A stretch of 64,000 nt of DNA, taken from positions 21,538,560 through 21,602,559 of the forward strand of contig NC_134027.1 of assembly GCF_964204645.1 (NCBI RefSeq). Reading direction: 5' to 3'. A program made the position numbers and the translations under genes. Positions 36,301 through 48,900 of the stretch are shown here, piece after piece. How positions within the stretch are numbered: position 1 is the stretch's first letter; every line of letters begins with the position of its first letter. This stretch comes from Tubulanus polymorphus (taxonomy: Eukaryota; Animalia; Nemertea). The notes beneath the pieces were generated by a model. That model had not been told where the DNA came from. It searched no databases and saw only the letters and a list, made by a program, of their open reading frames with translations.

Positions 36301-38963
36301 AAAATCTCGAAATCGTGCACTACACGTACGTCGAAACGCAGCAGCAGCTGACGGATAACCGCGTGTGCTCGGCGGTCGCGCTGACGCGACGCAATCTCTA
36401 CCTGATTCACGAGAATATCCTTCATTTTCCGATTCCGACGTTCGAAATCAACGCGACGCCGACCGACAAATATCAATACGAAATCGTACAAATTCATCCG
36501 CTAGTGAATACGGTGAAGGACGTGCAGTTTATGACCAAGAGCGACGAATGTTCGGGAAAGCTTGAAGTGTTGTTGTACGGTTTAGAATTGACGTTTGAAT
36601 CGGTTCCTCTTCCGTACAAAACCGAATTACCGGTTGGATCGGCCATCGAAGTCGTAGAGGATTGGTCACCGGTGTTTAAATGTTTTTTCCTATCTGCAGA
36701 GAAAAGAGATTTATTCCTCTGTCAACTGATGCAACAAAGGCGTAAATTATTACTGCCTATAGATCGCGCTGAAGGAAATGGTCACAATGCAAATTTTGAT
36801 GCTGTAAGTTTAGAAGGCGCAACAGGATTTGGATCGAATATGTCGGAGACAACACTCGATGAGGAATACTGGGAAACTGCTGAGGAGGACGATATGATAG
36901 ATACCCCTGGGCGGTTAACTCCAGATCCATCAAATTCAACAAAGGAAAAGAACCTCGGACTTGGAAATTCGGTTTTAAAGCTTAGTGTACAGAGTGAAGA
37001 AAATGACTTTTCAATCACTGATGAATTGGTTTCAGACCAACAAGTGACAGAGCCAGATCAACTTGCAGAGGTAGACGTAGTCTCACAAGAGCAATTGGAC
37101 AAGGAAACACCCTCAGGTCAACAATCAGATATGTATAAACCCTCAGACCAACAAAGTGACATGGACAAACACTCACAACAGCTAATATACATGACCAAAC
37201 CCTCAGAACAGCAAACATCAATGGAAACATTCTCAGAACACCAGCAAAATGACATGAATACTTTGCCAGAAGAGCAAGCTGATATGATCACACCCACAGA
37301 AAAAGAACCTGATATGGATAAATCCTCAGAACAGCAAACGTATATGGGGACATCCTCAGAACACCAGAAAATTGACATAAATACATGCTCAGAAGAGCAA
37401 ACTGATATGGTTACACTCTCAGAAAAAAAACCTGATGTGGAAAAACCCTCGGAACAGCAAACTGACATTGATAAACCCTCACAACAGGAAACTGATATGG
37501 TGAAACCTTCAGAACAGACAACTTACAGAGAGAAACCCTCGGAACAGCACACTGACATGGATAAACCTTCAGAACAGTTCGAAAGTGAGGTTGAAGATTC
37601 TAAACAAGCGCTCTCTACTGCGAAAACAGATGATAGCCTTCAGGATGGATTGAAATGTTCACCAGCACCGAGTTCATCTTGTTGCACAACATCCGCTTTA
37701 CCATACGTTTATGAAAACTCGGAGTTCGTGGAACAAATTGAGACTCAAATACGCAACACAGAAAATGTGATGGAATTATCATCAGCCATGAAATCATTGT
37801 CCCAGAAGTCTGGTGATGAAATCATTAACTATTTCCATAATAACCTCGTGCAATGCGGTCTCGAAAATGAAGAATTGAGGCACATTTTATGGAGTCCAGT
37901 TATTCCTTACGCGAGCCCGGATGTCACCGTTGTAACGTGTATATTTCTGAGCAGTAAAGCGATATATATAGTGTCGGATGAAGAAACCGTGATAAACCGA
38001 ACGCAACCGACGACCTGGCAAAAACATGTCCGAACTCAATCCGATTCTACGGTCGGCGCGCACAGAGATCCTATCCCTGTTATGAAAACGCCGTTACAAG
38101 AATCGTTGCGCTGTATCGCCGTATTACCGCTGAAAAATCTTAAACAAGTCGACATCGGATTATTCGACCAGTGTTTCCGGTTAGCCGGTATAGACGGCGA
38201 CAGCGTCTACACGTGTATGGCGCGCAGTATGAGTTTGACCGACGCGTTCGTTCATCAGTTGATGTCGGTGTTGATGAAGTGCCCGGCGAATTCGTCATCG
38301 GACTATTCGAGCAGCGATTCGGAGCAGGACATCTACGCGCGGTATTCGCGCAGCGAGCCGATCGCGTCGCAAATAAGCCAACGATGCAAGGTGAAATTCG
38401 TCTACGCCAGCGAGGAGTCGATCGCCGAGCTGTGCTTCCTCATTCACAGATACCTGAAAATAAAGATCGAAAATCCGACTGCGTTCACGATTCTCAGTTA
38501 TTTGCTCGTTTTCCGACTCGAACCGTCGTCGGAATCGCCGCGAAATCGCGGTCGGCGCGACCAAGCGCGCTCGATTATATTGACCGATCGATATCTCTGT
38601 ATCGTCAAAGAGGACTACGCGAACTATCCGCTGTTGGATTTCGTACGCAGTCCGCCGGACAACGTCCAGTACGAGGTCTGCGACGTTCGTCGACTCGAGT
38701 ATCTGCGTCGCGTCGTCGTCAGCGACTTCACATCGAACGACGTGACGTTCGAGTTCTCCGACCACGACGAGGACATCGTCGTTGATCCGAGTAAGGATTA
38801 CTTTCGCAAAGACGAAGACGGCGGCCGAGAGTCGCCGAAATCTGTTTCGTGGACGATTATCGTTCAGAACAGCCGCGACAAGGACAAGTTGTTGAAACTT
38901 ATCGGTAAACAATGGAGCGATTGTCACAACGGTTCTCAGTTATCGATACAAGTCAGTACATGA
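24393..38963 (+). CDS. NISCH: Nischarin-like protein (PX + LRR + long C-terminal region), ~17 exons; first 24393-24479, last 35732-38963
   Basis: PX exons WTVKHRYSEFHDMHEK and LPPKKIFG..FLDFHKY; LQLYAINERLK; DIGHILDF; LRR exons (LDLSHNAL..LHTKLGNLKKLNLSGN; LPCLEKLLLMGNP..DYRTKV); KELDTVAIL; large terminal exon. Confidence 0.9.
25199..25437. mobile_element. Two abutting Harbinger-like MITEs (25199-25327 and 25331-25437) sharing a CAG junction
   Basis: TIR pairs ggtccagttgctcaaaaattggtt/aaccaatttttgagcaactggacc and ccagttccacagttgtgag/ctcacaactgtggaactgg. Confidence 0.8.
26754..27141. mobile_element. GC-rich MITE in nischarin intron
   Basis: TIRs agggacacatgagcgtattttttgcccga / tgggcgaaaaaatacgctcgtgtgcccct. 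Confidence 0.75.
28390..28600 (+). repeat. Dispersed repeat with a tRNA-like segment (related copies at ~30190-30320 minus, ~52830-52910 minus, ~55520-55700)
   Basis: tctagtgtggcagggtttc..ggtt(t/c)gaatccctgccggggagg preceded by gattggctaataatgacatcatctaagc; several copies in the window. Confidence 0.6.
29497..29764. repeat. Near-perfect long inverted repeat (~105-bp arms, ~45-bp spacer)
   Basis: taggcctaatgttcgttaccggaagtaggtatcag...gcattttctc is mirrored by gagaaaatgc...ctgatacctacttccggtaacgaacgttaggccta. Confidence 0.92.
31699..32168. repeat. Tandem duplication, 2 x ~230-240 bp, intronic
   Basis: atgtactgtttacctgttaacc...gtagatacttgcccttat occurs twice. Confidence 0.92.
33813..35077 (+). 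mobile_element. Helentron/DINE-1-like non-autonomous rolling-circle element; further copies at ~41347-42280, ~28078-28380 (5' part), ~45305-45580 (3' part, minus)
   Basis: T-rich start; subterminal IR gcccacttggga/tcccaagtgggc; (TCCG)n microsatellite; internal 154-bp tandem units; ends ..cccctagt followed by T-rich sequence. Confidence 0.8.
37110..37580 (+). repeat. Coding tandem repeat, ~15 x 10 aa (consensus ~SEQQTDMDKP), in the nischarin last exon
   Basis: Visible in the translation of ORF 35721-38963 and as a ~30-nt period (ctcagaaca.caaac). Confidence 0.85.
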
Positions 38964-40103
38964 CTGCGCTATTAAAACTCGGATGTCTTATTACGAGAAT
39001 TATTCTGCCGTCATTCCTCGTTCTCCTGCGAGACTTGTTCAGGGTTCGGTATATTCGTTTGAAGTTCCTTAATTGTTAACTGATAAATCTCGATATAACC
39101 ATTCGTTTACATTATATTCGTTTGTATTGTATTTGTTTGCATTTTTGATTTCTGTGAAACCTTGTTGGAATGAAGCTTTAGCAATCAGGGTATCTGTTCT
39201 TTGGTTCATCATGTCCAAATTTTAATAACGATGATAGTGATAATTTATTTTCTTTTATAGCGCAACTCTAATGATAATTTACAATTTACAACAAATGAAA
39301 ATGAAACGATATACATGAAAATAAAGGAAAAAAAAACTATTCGAGCAGCGATTCGGAGCAGGACATCTACGATAGTGATAATTTATTTTCTTTTATAGCG
39401 CAACTCTAATGATAATTTACAATTTACAACAAATGAAAATGAAACGATATACTTGAAAATACAGGAAAAAAAAAACTCCAATGATATTAGGGTAAAAACT
39501 TACTTTGAATGCAATCGAGTGAAAGGTCTCTACAAACTCTATCAATATAACTTCATAATAAGGTTCAACTGCAACAACTAAATATGCTGCAACTAAACTG
39601 AATAAATTTTTTTAGAATGAAGCTCATTTGGCATTTTCATATTGTATGATTGCGATAAACTTCAACGTTTTGGTCTTGACTAATCCAAAATTTATTCTGC
39701 TCACTTGAACAACTAACATATACGTATTTTATTTCGAAAAGTGGGAATAGTTGGGCCTTTTATTTTTATTAACTTGATCTGTATGTTGAATTTTTAGATA
39801 TTTTAGAATTGTACCAGCTAGGTAATACGCTGGCTTGTGAGTCACCAATTCATGTTACATAAATACGTACCTGAAGATTACTGCCTTCTCCTACGTACAA
39901 ATGCTTACGAAAAGAATTTGTACAAGACAGTGTATATCCTTTCAATGATTACATGTATACTCTGCCTTATTCAACCAGTACCTGCAGTACCAGTCTAATG
40001 ACTAAACCATTGGTGAATGATTTGTTTGGAAAAACTTTTTACTGCCAAGATTCCCAACTGGGCATGCGGTCAACTTGGTGAAATTTCCTAAGTTCAATCA
40101 TTA

Positions 40104-40482
40104 GCCACGTTCACACTAGATTCAGCGCTTACGAAGTACCGTACTTTGCTGGTGCCGAATTCACCAAAATACGGCGCTTACACAGCTAGTTAGTTCACAC
40201 TACGAGTCGACAATTTGGCACTTAGTAAGCCCGGTATAGTAATCACCCGGTGTGCCGATAGAGGGGAGTGTAATTAGCTAAGCGGCGAATCTGCTTTACA
40301 CTACAGAAAATACGCGGCCAGCTCAGTTCCGTACTGAGATCAGGTTTTCGGCTTGGAATCGCATTCCGCGCTTAATAAGCCGCGTATTTCAGTACGGAAC
40401 TGAATAAGCCGCGAATAGGCCTCGAATAATTTCCAAGTGTGAACTCTTTGTACCGTACTGAAATCCTAGTGTGAATGCGGCT
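40104..40482. mobile_element. Harbinger-like MITE
   Basis: tagccacgttcacactaga ... ctagtgtgaatgcggcta inverted termini. Confidence 0.65.
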
Positions 40483-43400
40483 ACTGTAGTAAGGCAGAGT
40501 TTCCTGCATTCAATGAGGTGTGTCTTGTGTTCACATGCATGCATTTATCATACTTGCTTAGTTTCATAGAAATATCAATTTGTGCTGAAATGTACAACGT
40601 TTCGACCCGGAATACATATAAAAAAATCTCTGTCACAGCATTCGTAATTGTAGTACTAACAAAATGTTGATCCTATTATCTAAAACCTAGCGCACTTCAA
40701 AGCATCACTTACAGGCAATTAACATGTCCCAGTGCGAATGACATCAGTGATTTCTCCTTAGGTTTTTGTAACGGTGGGTTTGAAAAATCATGATGAGCAG
40801 TTACGATATCTATCATAGGGGCACAATTTACCAAAATGGTTACTTTTACTGCACCAGTAGTGCTGAAAAGTGTTTACTTTTGCTTTACTGCTACAGGCCG
40901 TGTTTATGTTTGAATGTTAAAAAACGGTATTCTTTACTGTAAATATTCAGAATACGTCTGCACCTGGTTCGCGTAGTTTATGATGAGTTTGGAAATAAAC
41001 TATAAATTTTGACTTTTATTTTCAAGAGCTTGTTTGTAACGGGCCCCTGGTTTAGAAAACTTTAAATTGTTCTTTGATGGTTTTATTTGATGGTGCAATA
41101 TTCCTTATTACAGTTATTATATCTCATATTTAATGTTCGCGGTTTACCATTCTATGTAAAGATATATTTATTCAAATAAAAGATTCAAGAATCAGTGTAT
41201 AGAACGTGTTAGCGTTTATTTGGATATTTTGATTTTTCTGAGCTTAACGATTCGAATACCAGTAGCTGGGCCCTTTGGGGTGTGGATAACCCTGTTACGC
41301 ATTGAGTAGGTATATATTGACTTTAATCTGGAGGTTAACCCACTTATTAGCCCACTTGGGACTTTAGTCCCAGCGGGCTATTGCGTTCACTTTTCGTCCG
41401 TCGTTCGTCCGTTCGTCCGTCCGTAGACGGAATCCAGTTATTTTGGGAAGTTTTGAAGACGCTTCAAGGTAACGTCTTGATATTTGGTTTACACATGTAT
41501 CTACCCTAGACACATCTTCAGCCCAAAAACTGGTCCTGTCAGATTCAAGATGGCCGACTGGCAGCCATTGTTGTTCGCCAAAATCAGCACTTTTTACACA
41601 TTTTTGAGGGAAATTTTGAAGACGCTTTGATCAATTACCTTGATCTTTCGGATATATGTGAATCCCCTCAGGGCCCATCAGCATAACAAAAATTGGGTCG
41701 ATCGGACTCAAGATGGCCGGCCTATGACCTTTTTAGTGCCCAAAAATGTTAATTTTGGCCCGAATTCCGAGTCCTGTAGCTTCCTACTGGTTTGCCATTT
41801 CTCATTGCAATTTGTGAAAGAGATGTTTTGTGAAAAAGATGTATATACCTGAGACAGGTATTTTTCATCAGCCAATTATGACACAATTGGGCGTTGAATA
41901 GTAGAATAACTTAATATTTCCTTATTATATTGGTACCTAGGCATATTTTGTTACCATGATCAATTGCAAAGTTGTAGTTCATGACATGTTCTATGATTAT
42001 GGTAAGTTTCGAGGTCATTGGGTTTTGAATATGGTCACCAGGGGGTGTTAAATAGTAGAATAACTTAGTATTTCCATATTAAATTGATAACGAGGCATAT
42101 TTTGTTATCACAATCGATTACACAATCGTAGCTGCTGACATGTTCTATGATTGCGGTGAGTTTCAAGTTCATTGGTTTTTGTATATGGTCACCAGGGGGC
42201 GTTGAATATTGAAATTGTTAGATTGTTGAGCATTTGGAACCACTTTCCAAGTGGGCATGGTGTCCCTGGACCCCTCTAGTTATTTTAGTCCATTGAGTTA
42301 AAGGGGAACTGCAATGAAAAATCTTTTGTATCTATATGTGTTAGAAACCTTTATAAATACATTTTCAAAACAGCAGAAAAACATTTCATCTAATACTTTA
42401 TCCAAAAAGAGGGTTTTGTAGAGTGCTTGGCCGCCGCCGTCTTCACGTAGCATTTGGATATGTTTCACACAGTGAGTGGATAAATAAACGTTAAGGCTCC
42501 ACTGGCAGCTCAGCAGGAGTATTTTAATCGCAATTTTCAACTGAGATCTTCGATGAGTGTATCTAAAATTTACACACTGGAGTGTGTGATGGGCTGGGAT
42601 ACTTCATCAATGTTTACATGCCTCACTTTTGGAAATTAAAACCAACTTTTAGTGTTTTTTCGATTATAAAAGATACAGTCAACCTTGCGTAAGACGGATC
42701 TTTTAGGACCAAGAAAAATCCTCCGATTTATGATAAGTCGGATTCCCAGGCTTTTTCCGGAAACTACGACTTGTAGAAGAGAAGGGAAAATCTGGACCAT
42801 CAATAATATTCATCCGATATAAGCGATTATTCGACTTTCACAAGGTGTACTTTATCTGTCTTGAAAACCACGGGATGGTGCCGACTATTCTGCGTGAATG
42901 CCGTAGACCTTGGAGTATTCAATGATAGCTGCAAGCTTAGACTGTTTGAAAACAAATGAATTCGTGATCAATTCTTAAAGCGACTGGATTATCAAGTTCG
43001 ATTGAAAATTTCCAAATAGACCAGCGAATCCGTCAAACTGCGAGGAAATCGAGACTTGACGAAAAGAGATAAAACACTCCGAAGAGAATCACCTTCCGGT
43101 CCACCTTACAAATTTCAACTAGATTTCACAAATTCGAATCCACAAACATAAGGTACTTGAATTTATGTTTTTATTACCGTTATCAATGCTAGGTTCGAAT
43201 GACACACAAAAAGAGGCCGTATTCATATTTTAGCTTTGATATCTTGTTTTGTCAATACATCGAAGGTTAATTGTAATCTTGGTAAATAATGTAGGAAATT
43301 GTGATTTCAAGATCGATTCATAACATTTTAGATAATGACCAGACGTTTGCCTCAAAAGCGATGAGATACTTAAAGTATCAATTTTAAGAGATCCTTTATG

Positions 43401-43759
43401 TGAAGCTGGCACCATTGTAATTTAATAATTTATGCAAAACAATTGAGATCATTTTCCTTTTCAAAGATTTTCATTCGCAAAAAGATACATTTAATGTGCT
43501 TATTTCTTGTTCCCAGACAATATTTAGGGTGATTTTCTTCGTTTACTTCACACCGAACGAACGAACGATGTCAAACCTTATCCCAGTCCTGAATTAGTGG
43601 CCGGTTTGCGGCACTTCATGAATTTCTGAGAGCAGTTCTTACCTATCAAATTTTTGTCAGTATGTAATTCCTAGGCTGGTCTCGCAAAGAAATACCCTTT
43701 TCTCATTAGCCCTTTTTCTGAAAAGTGACGAGGGAGATAGGTTTTTATTTTTATCTTCA

Positions 43760-44040
43760 TCCATTAAATAATATCATCAAATCAAACATCGCGATGTAGC
43801 TGTGAGTTCATTCGCGGATATCTCATGTACGTCTAACTCGAGTCAGCCATATTGGGTTGTTCATTTCAAAAGCGCACTAAAAAGCTTTGATTGATGAGAT
43901 TTCCACAGCTTGTGTATATAGGGCAATTTTTATTTTTTGTTTTTAATGCATTTGATATTACTATATATTTATTTGTATGTACAGTGTGTACAAAGTACGG
44001 AGTTGTAGGTACACGGCAGATGCACGGAGCTATATTAGAG
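43760..44040 (-). pseudogene. Relic copy of the CYP20-like promoter and start of exon 1
   Basis: aatatcatcaaatcaaacatc..ttcattcgcggatatctc..gatttcc is shared with 52150-52600; reads MFDLMILF then diverges and stops at a repeat boundary. Confidence 0.7.
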
Positions 44041-44625
44041 AGATTTAGATCCACATATATCCTATTATCTTGTGTGACTGGGAGATCAATGACGTTTAAC
44101 TCTAATTCCAGTCATTATACCAAATATTCCAAAAAAATGTGACGGAGACCTGTTCTGATAACCAGTCCTTTTTAGGTATTTGTTATTATATATAGTATAT
44201 GTTCAACTATTACGTACGGCCAATATGGCCGTTTTTGAAATTCTGAAAAATTGGGAAGTTTTGTAATCTGACAAAATTTTCCAATTCTTCGACCAATTGG
44301 AGTACAAAATCTCATTGATTTTATCTAGAAAAGGATTCGTGCTAAATAATCTTCAAGTATTTCTGGTAAACATTTTGTTGAGCTGATTTCTAAAGCGCAG
44401 TTGAGGTACAAAATTAACGTAATTTCCTATTTTTGCATGAAGTTTTCAACTCAGTAACACTTTGCTACAATAATGGTGATCTGGCTGAGGAAAAGCTGAT
44501 CCCAATGAAGTGCGTAGGAGTTGATTATTGGTGATGAACCCTTTACTGGCTGCAAATGATCGTCGTACGGTATACGGTTTTGCGTCGTATTTCTTATGAA
44601 ATATATACACTGTACCAAACCAGCC

Positions 44626-44866
44626 TGGGCGAAATTCAGTTATCGGAGTGAGTCGACTATAGTCGAACTGAATGAAACCGAATGTCCGTTAGTCGGAACT
44701 GTGGTCCGGAAATGGTCGACCACGCAATTATTGACCACGGTCGCTATAGCTCGGACCTAGGTTCAAGATGGCCGACACTGTGAAATACGTTTCGACCGAA
44801 CTATAGTATGTTCGGTTATTAGTTCCGACCACTAGTCGACTAGCTACGAAAACCGAAGTTGGCCCT
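44626..44866. mobile_element. MITE with CWG flanks
   Basis: ctgggcgaaattcagttatcggagtgagtcgacta / tagtcgactagctacgaaaaccgaagttggccctg imperfect inverted termini. Confidence 0.5.
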
Positions 44867-45940
44867 GGTTGACGGTCCGTCCTTAACAATATTCTCACTA
44901 TTGATGTAAAATCCATACGAGGTCGGAAAAAACAACTGTAGAGGACGTTAATTAAAGCATAATAACGATAACACTTTCGCCATTTCGAAAAAAGAAACCG
45001 TGTTTTTCTTCATCACCACGTGCGTCGGAAAAGTCGCGTAGAAATAAAATGATAATATTTTAATATATATCATATGTTAGTTTTTATTAAAAAAAAGATA
45101 TAACACTCCCATCCGCATTAATAAATCTTCGTTCATATCATCTTCTTTTCTTTTTTTCGTTCTTGGAAATGGATGAAAGGGTTAGGGTTGCCATATAATA
45201 TGCTCTCTCGGCAATGAATCTGGGGATTGAAATGTGTGTTGATTGGGGTTCGAAACTCCCAGTGCTCTGGCATGCACTGATTTCGGTAACGACCATCAAA
45301 AAGTAACTAGGGGTCCAGGGGCACCACGCCCACTTGGGAAGTAGCTTGAAATAGACTCAACAAATAGAAAATTCCAATATTCAACGCCCCCTGATGAACA
45401 TATTGAGAAACAATGGCTGTAAAACTCACCGTACCAATGACCTTGGAATTCGCCACAATCGTATAACATTTCACAGGCTACAATTTTGCAATACATTGTG
45501 GTTACAAAATATGCCTAGATGCCAATACAATATGAAAATATTAAGTTATTCAGCAACGCCCCCTGGTGACCATATACAAAAAGGTGACGAAAAGTGAATG
45601 TAGTAGGCTGCTGGAACTCAAGTGGGCTAAAAAGTGGCTCCCTCGGCCTATCTATCTTTATTGCATTTATCTAAATGAAAATAAAAAGCTGATTCCCGTA
45701 TGCACTTCTTCAACCCTCAGAATATGTTCATTATTCTTAGAAACCACGAATAACCACTGACACTGGACGATGCATTGATTTCTAGAAATTCTATTTTCTG
45801 TTACATTTCAAGCAATACACTATACAAGTTTCTCCAAATAACAAAACTACAGATTATCAATTTTTGAGAAGCGTGAACCACTTTGATTTCAACAAGATTT
45901 TTAATGTATTTCCAGAAAATTACACATATCTGATCGAAGT

Positions 45941-48900
45941 TTATTCATTTCTGTCAGCAATAGTTATCCATATTTCTTTATTAGGATGGGTTACCAGACC
46001 GTAGACCGGAGTGATAACTTGGTCGGGAACGAGCTTTATTTCGAAGTGTCTGACAATTCGTGCAATGTAAATGTAGCTTTCACTTTGTGCGAATCTGAAT
46101 CCTGGACATTTTCTTTTACCAGCGAATCCAAACGGTTCAAACGCGTGTGTTGGACGAACTTTCACTCGTTCTTTCGAGAATCTTTCTGGGTCGAATCTGG
46201 AAATTCAAAAAGACTCATTGGCTCCAATAATCGCAAGCTGGGTCATAATAATAACGCGTTCATGCCGTCGTCCAATCGTACTTACTTTTGAGGTTGTGGA
46301 TATAGCTTTTCATCACGGAAGCTAACCCCCAATGCGTGAAATACTGGTGTCTATAATTATTACGATTTACATATCAAACATTTCTCTTTTCAACTACATG
46401 TTCCCTCAAAAATACAGGACGTAAATTACTCACTCCTCGGGGAACAATGTGGCCACCCAGCACGATGTCACTATCTGGTTTGTAACGAGCTGCTGTAGCA
46501 GATACAATAGCACAGCGCAAAGTTTCATCAACAACTTGTCGCAAGTATCTGAAACCGCAAATTCTAAAATCTAAACTAAAATCTCAAAAAAGTACAAAAA
46601 GTATTGATACAATTTTATGATCGTAATACTATTGAATGAGTAGAATGACTCACGGCATCCGTTGAACCAAATCAGGAGTGATATCTTCATCTTTATCCAA
46701 TGTTTTTGTCACTTCTTTGAATAATTTCTCTTGCACATCGGTATGTTTTGCCAGGAAAAACAATGCCCACGTCATTGCTATTGAATGAAAACTGATTTAT
46801 CACTTCTACGTGTCTATATACGTGAAATAATATAGCTAAATGCAACACGGATCAAGAATCGAAAATAAAACGGATGGATGCGTGAAATTGCCAAGAAATT
46901 ATCGTTCTTGGCGAAGCTCGCTAAAACCCGTGATAATGACAGATCTGTGACGATTTCAGTGTTTTCTTCGTGTATTGATTTACATGTATTTACTTATTGC
47001 TATGAGTGATATTGCTTTTAATTCGTATCTATATTCTCTAATTATATGGTTATGTGGTTTGTAAGTTGTGTCATGGGTTGTGAGTTTTTCGTATTCATAT
47101 GTGTAGATTAGGCATGCGGGGTACGGCAATTGTAAGTACTGGGTAAGACTTGATATGGTGGGATTTGTGAGTTTAGTTTGTAGCAGAAGGTTTGTGTCAT
47201 CTTGGAGTAATCAGACTGATCAGATTGTGGGCCTTTTAGTGTGTAGTTTATGGGCTACTGTTTGTAGTGCCTTGGCACAGAAATATCTATCAGTCTGGAT
47301 GGCAATTTGTTTACAAGAATCGGAAGAATGATGCATTTTGTTTCCGATTTCAAACTACTTTTTTCGTAAGGGACGCAACGAATAAATACATGTACATTGT
47401 AATTCAAATTAGAATATCAACTTAATATAGGGAAAATAAGGGATCTCTTCACCAAGGAACTGAATAAAAAATTTTGCCAAACATTGTTTAAGCGGAGTCT
47501 ACCAACACCTATAATAACAAATTGACTCACTTGACGCAATAGTATGCAAGCCACCAGTAAAAAATGTCAAGGAATCAGAATCTATCTGCTCATCGTCATC
47601 AGATTCAAGTATAACATCTATAAGAAGGCGTCTTCTATCAGTAGCCGGGTTATTTCGGCGGCATTCTACTATTTCTGCAACCATCGATTGCAACTTTCCA
47701 AGAGCTGTTAAACATCAAAAGATATAGGGAGACTGATAGATTTTGTTTTCAGAATTTCAAACGGAACCTTAGATACTAATGGTGACTGCGATATACGGAA
47801 TAATGCCACAGGAAGAAATGTCACCAGAATAAAATGCCACCAAATTTTGCGAATATAGGAAAAAAGCCACTGGTAAAAATGCCACTTTTTGTATAGTAGG
47901 AAAAACGCCACCAGGAAAAATACAGTTATTTACATACTTAGATTTAAATTGACAGCATTAATTTTCAGTCATTTTATCGATGATCCCTTCCTATTGAATT
48001 TCCAACTTACTCATGGTATTTAAGTACCAATCAGTTTCCCTGCTTTAAATTTCTTTAGTTTTTGGCTGATTTTATATTGTATATTACTCCTAGCTTGTAC
48101 ATGTACTTATATTTACTATTGTACCTTAATACCCCCTTAGTTTACTCTGCTTGTGATTTGTTTAGTTCATAACTGCTTAACTTCCGTGCATAACTTAAAT
48201 TGTAAATATATATATCTTTATTTACGTGTCATCTCGATTGACAAGCCAGCCTATAATAAGGCTTACAAGACACATTGACATTTACAAGTACAACAAACAT
48301 GTGACAAACTGGTACAACTAATTCAGATTGGATATAATTGGATTAAAATGAATTAGGAATTGCGAAGTTTCATTGCGGCTGATATGAATCTGCAAACACT
48401 AGTTACAATACGACTATTACTTAATAGAATTCTAACCTTATCGATATTTGACAAAAGATATATGTCTAGGCCCAAGATAGCATTAATCTTAGAAAAAAGG
48501 TCATTACGTAAATCAACGTATTTGAGACAAGTGCACAAGAAATGTTCCTCCGTTTCAACTTCATTCGATGTACATGCAACACATATTCTTTGTTCAATTG
48601 GCAGATTACGGTAGCGACCTAGTTCTATGTTTAAGGGGAAAGTACCATTTCTTAATCTTGCTATTGTGGAGCGGTTTGAACGTGATGTGTGTAATTTGAC
48701 ATAATCTTCTGTTCCAAATTTTGGCTTAAGTGAGGTATAAGAACGGAGTTTTGGTTGCAGAGGAACATTTCTTGGCCACGTTAAAGCATAGTTCCTATAT
48801 AAAATTTTTCTAATATCATTCAAAACCTTTTTAATTTGATAGGTATTTAGTGTAGAAAACTGCAAGTTCTCATAAAAATATTCCATATTGCATTCAGTTA

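Noticed and set aside
38171-38927. Overlapping ORFs of 204 aa (+) and 210 aa (-); likewise 10252-10854 (-)
   Set aside because: Shadow frames of CpG/GC-rich real exons with no recognisable motifs.
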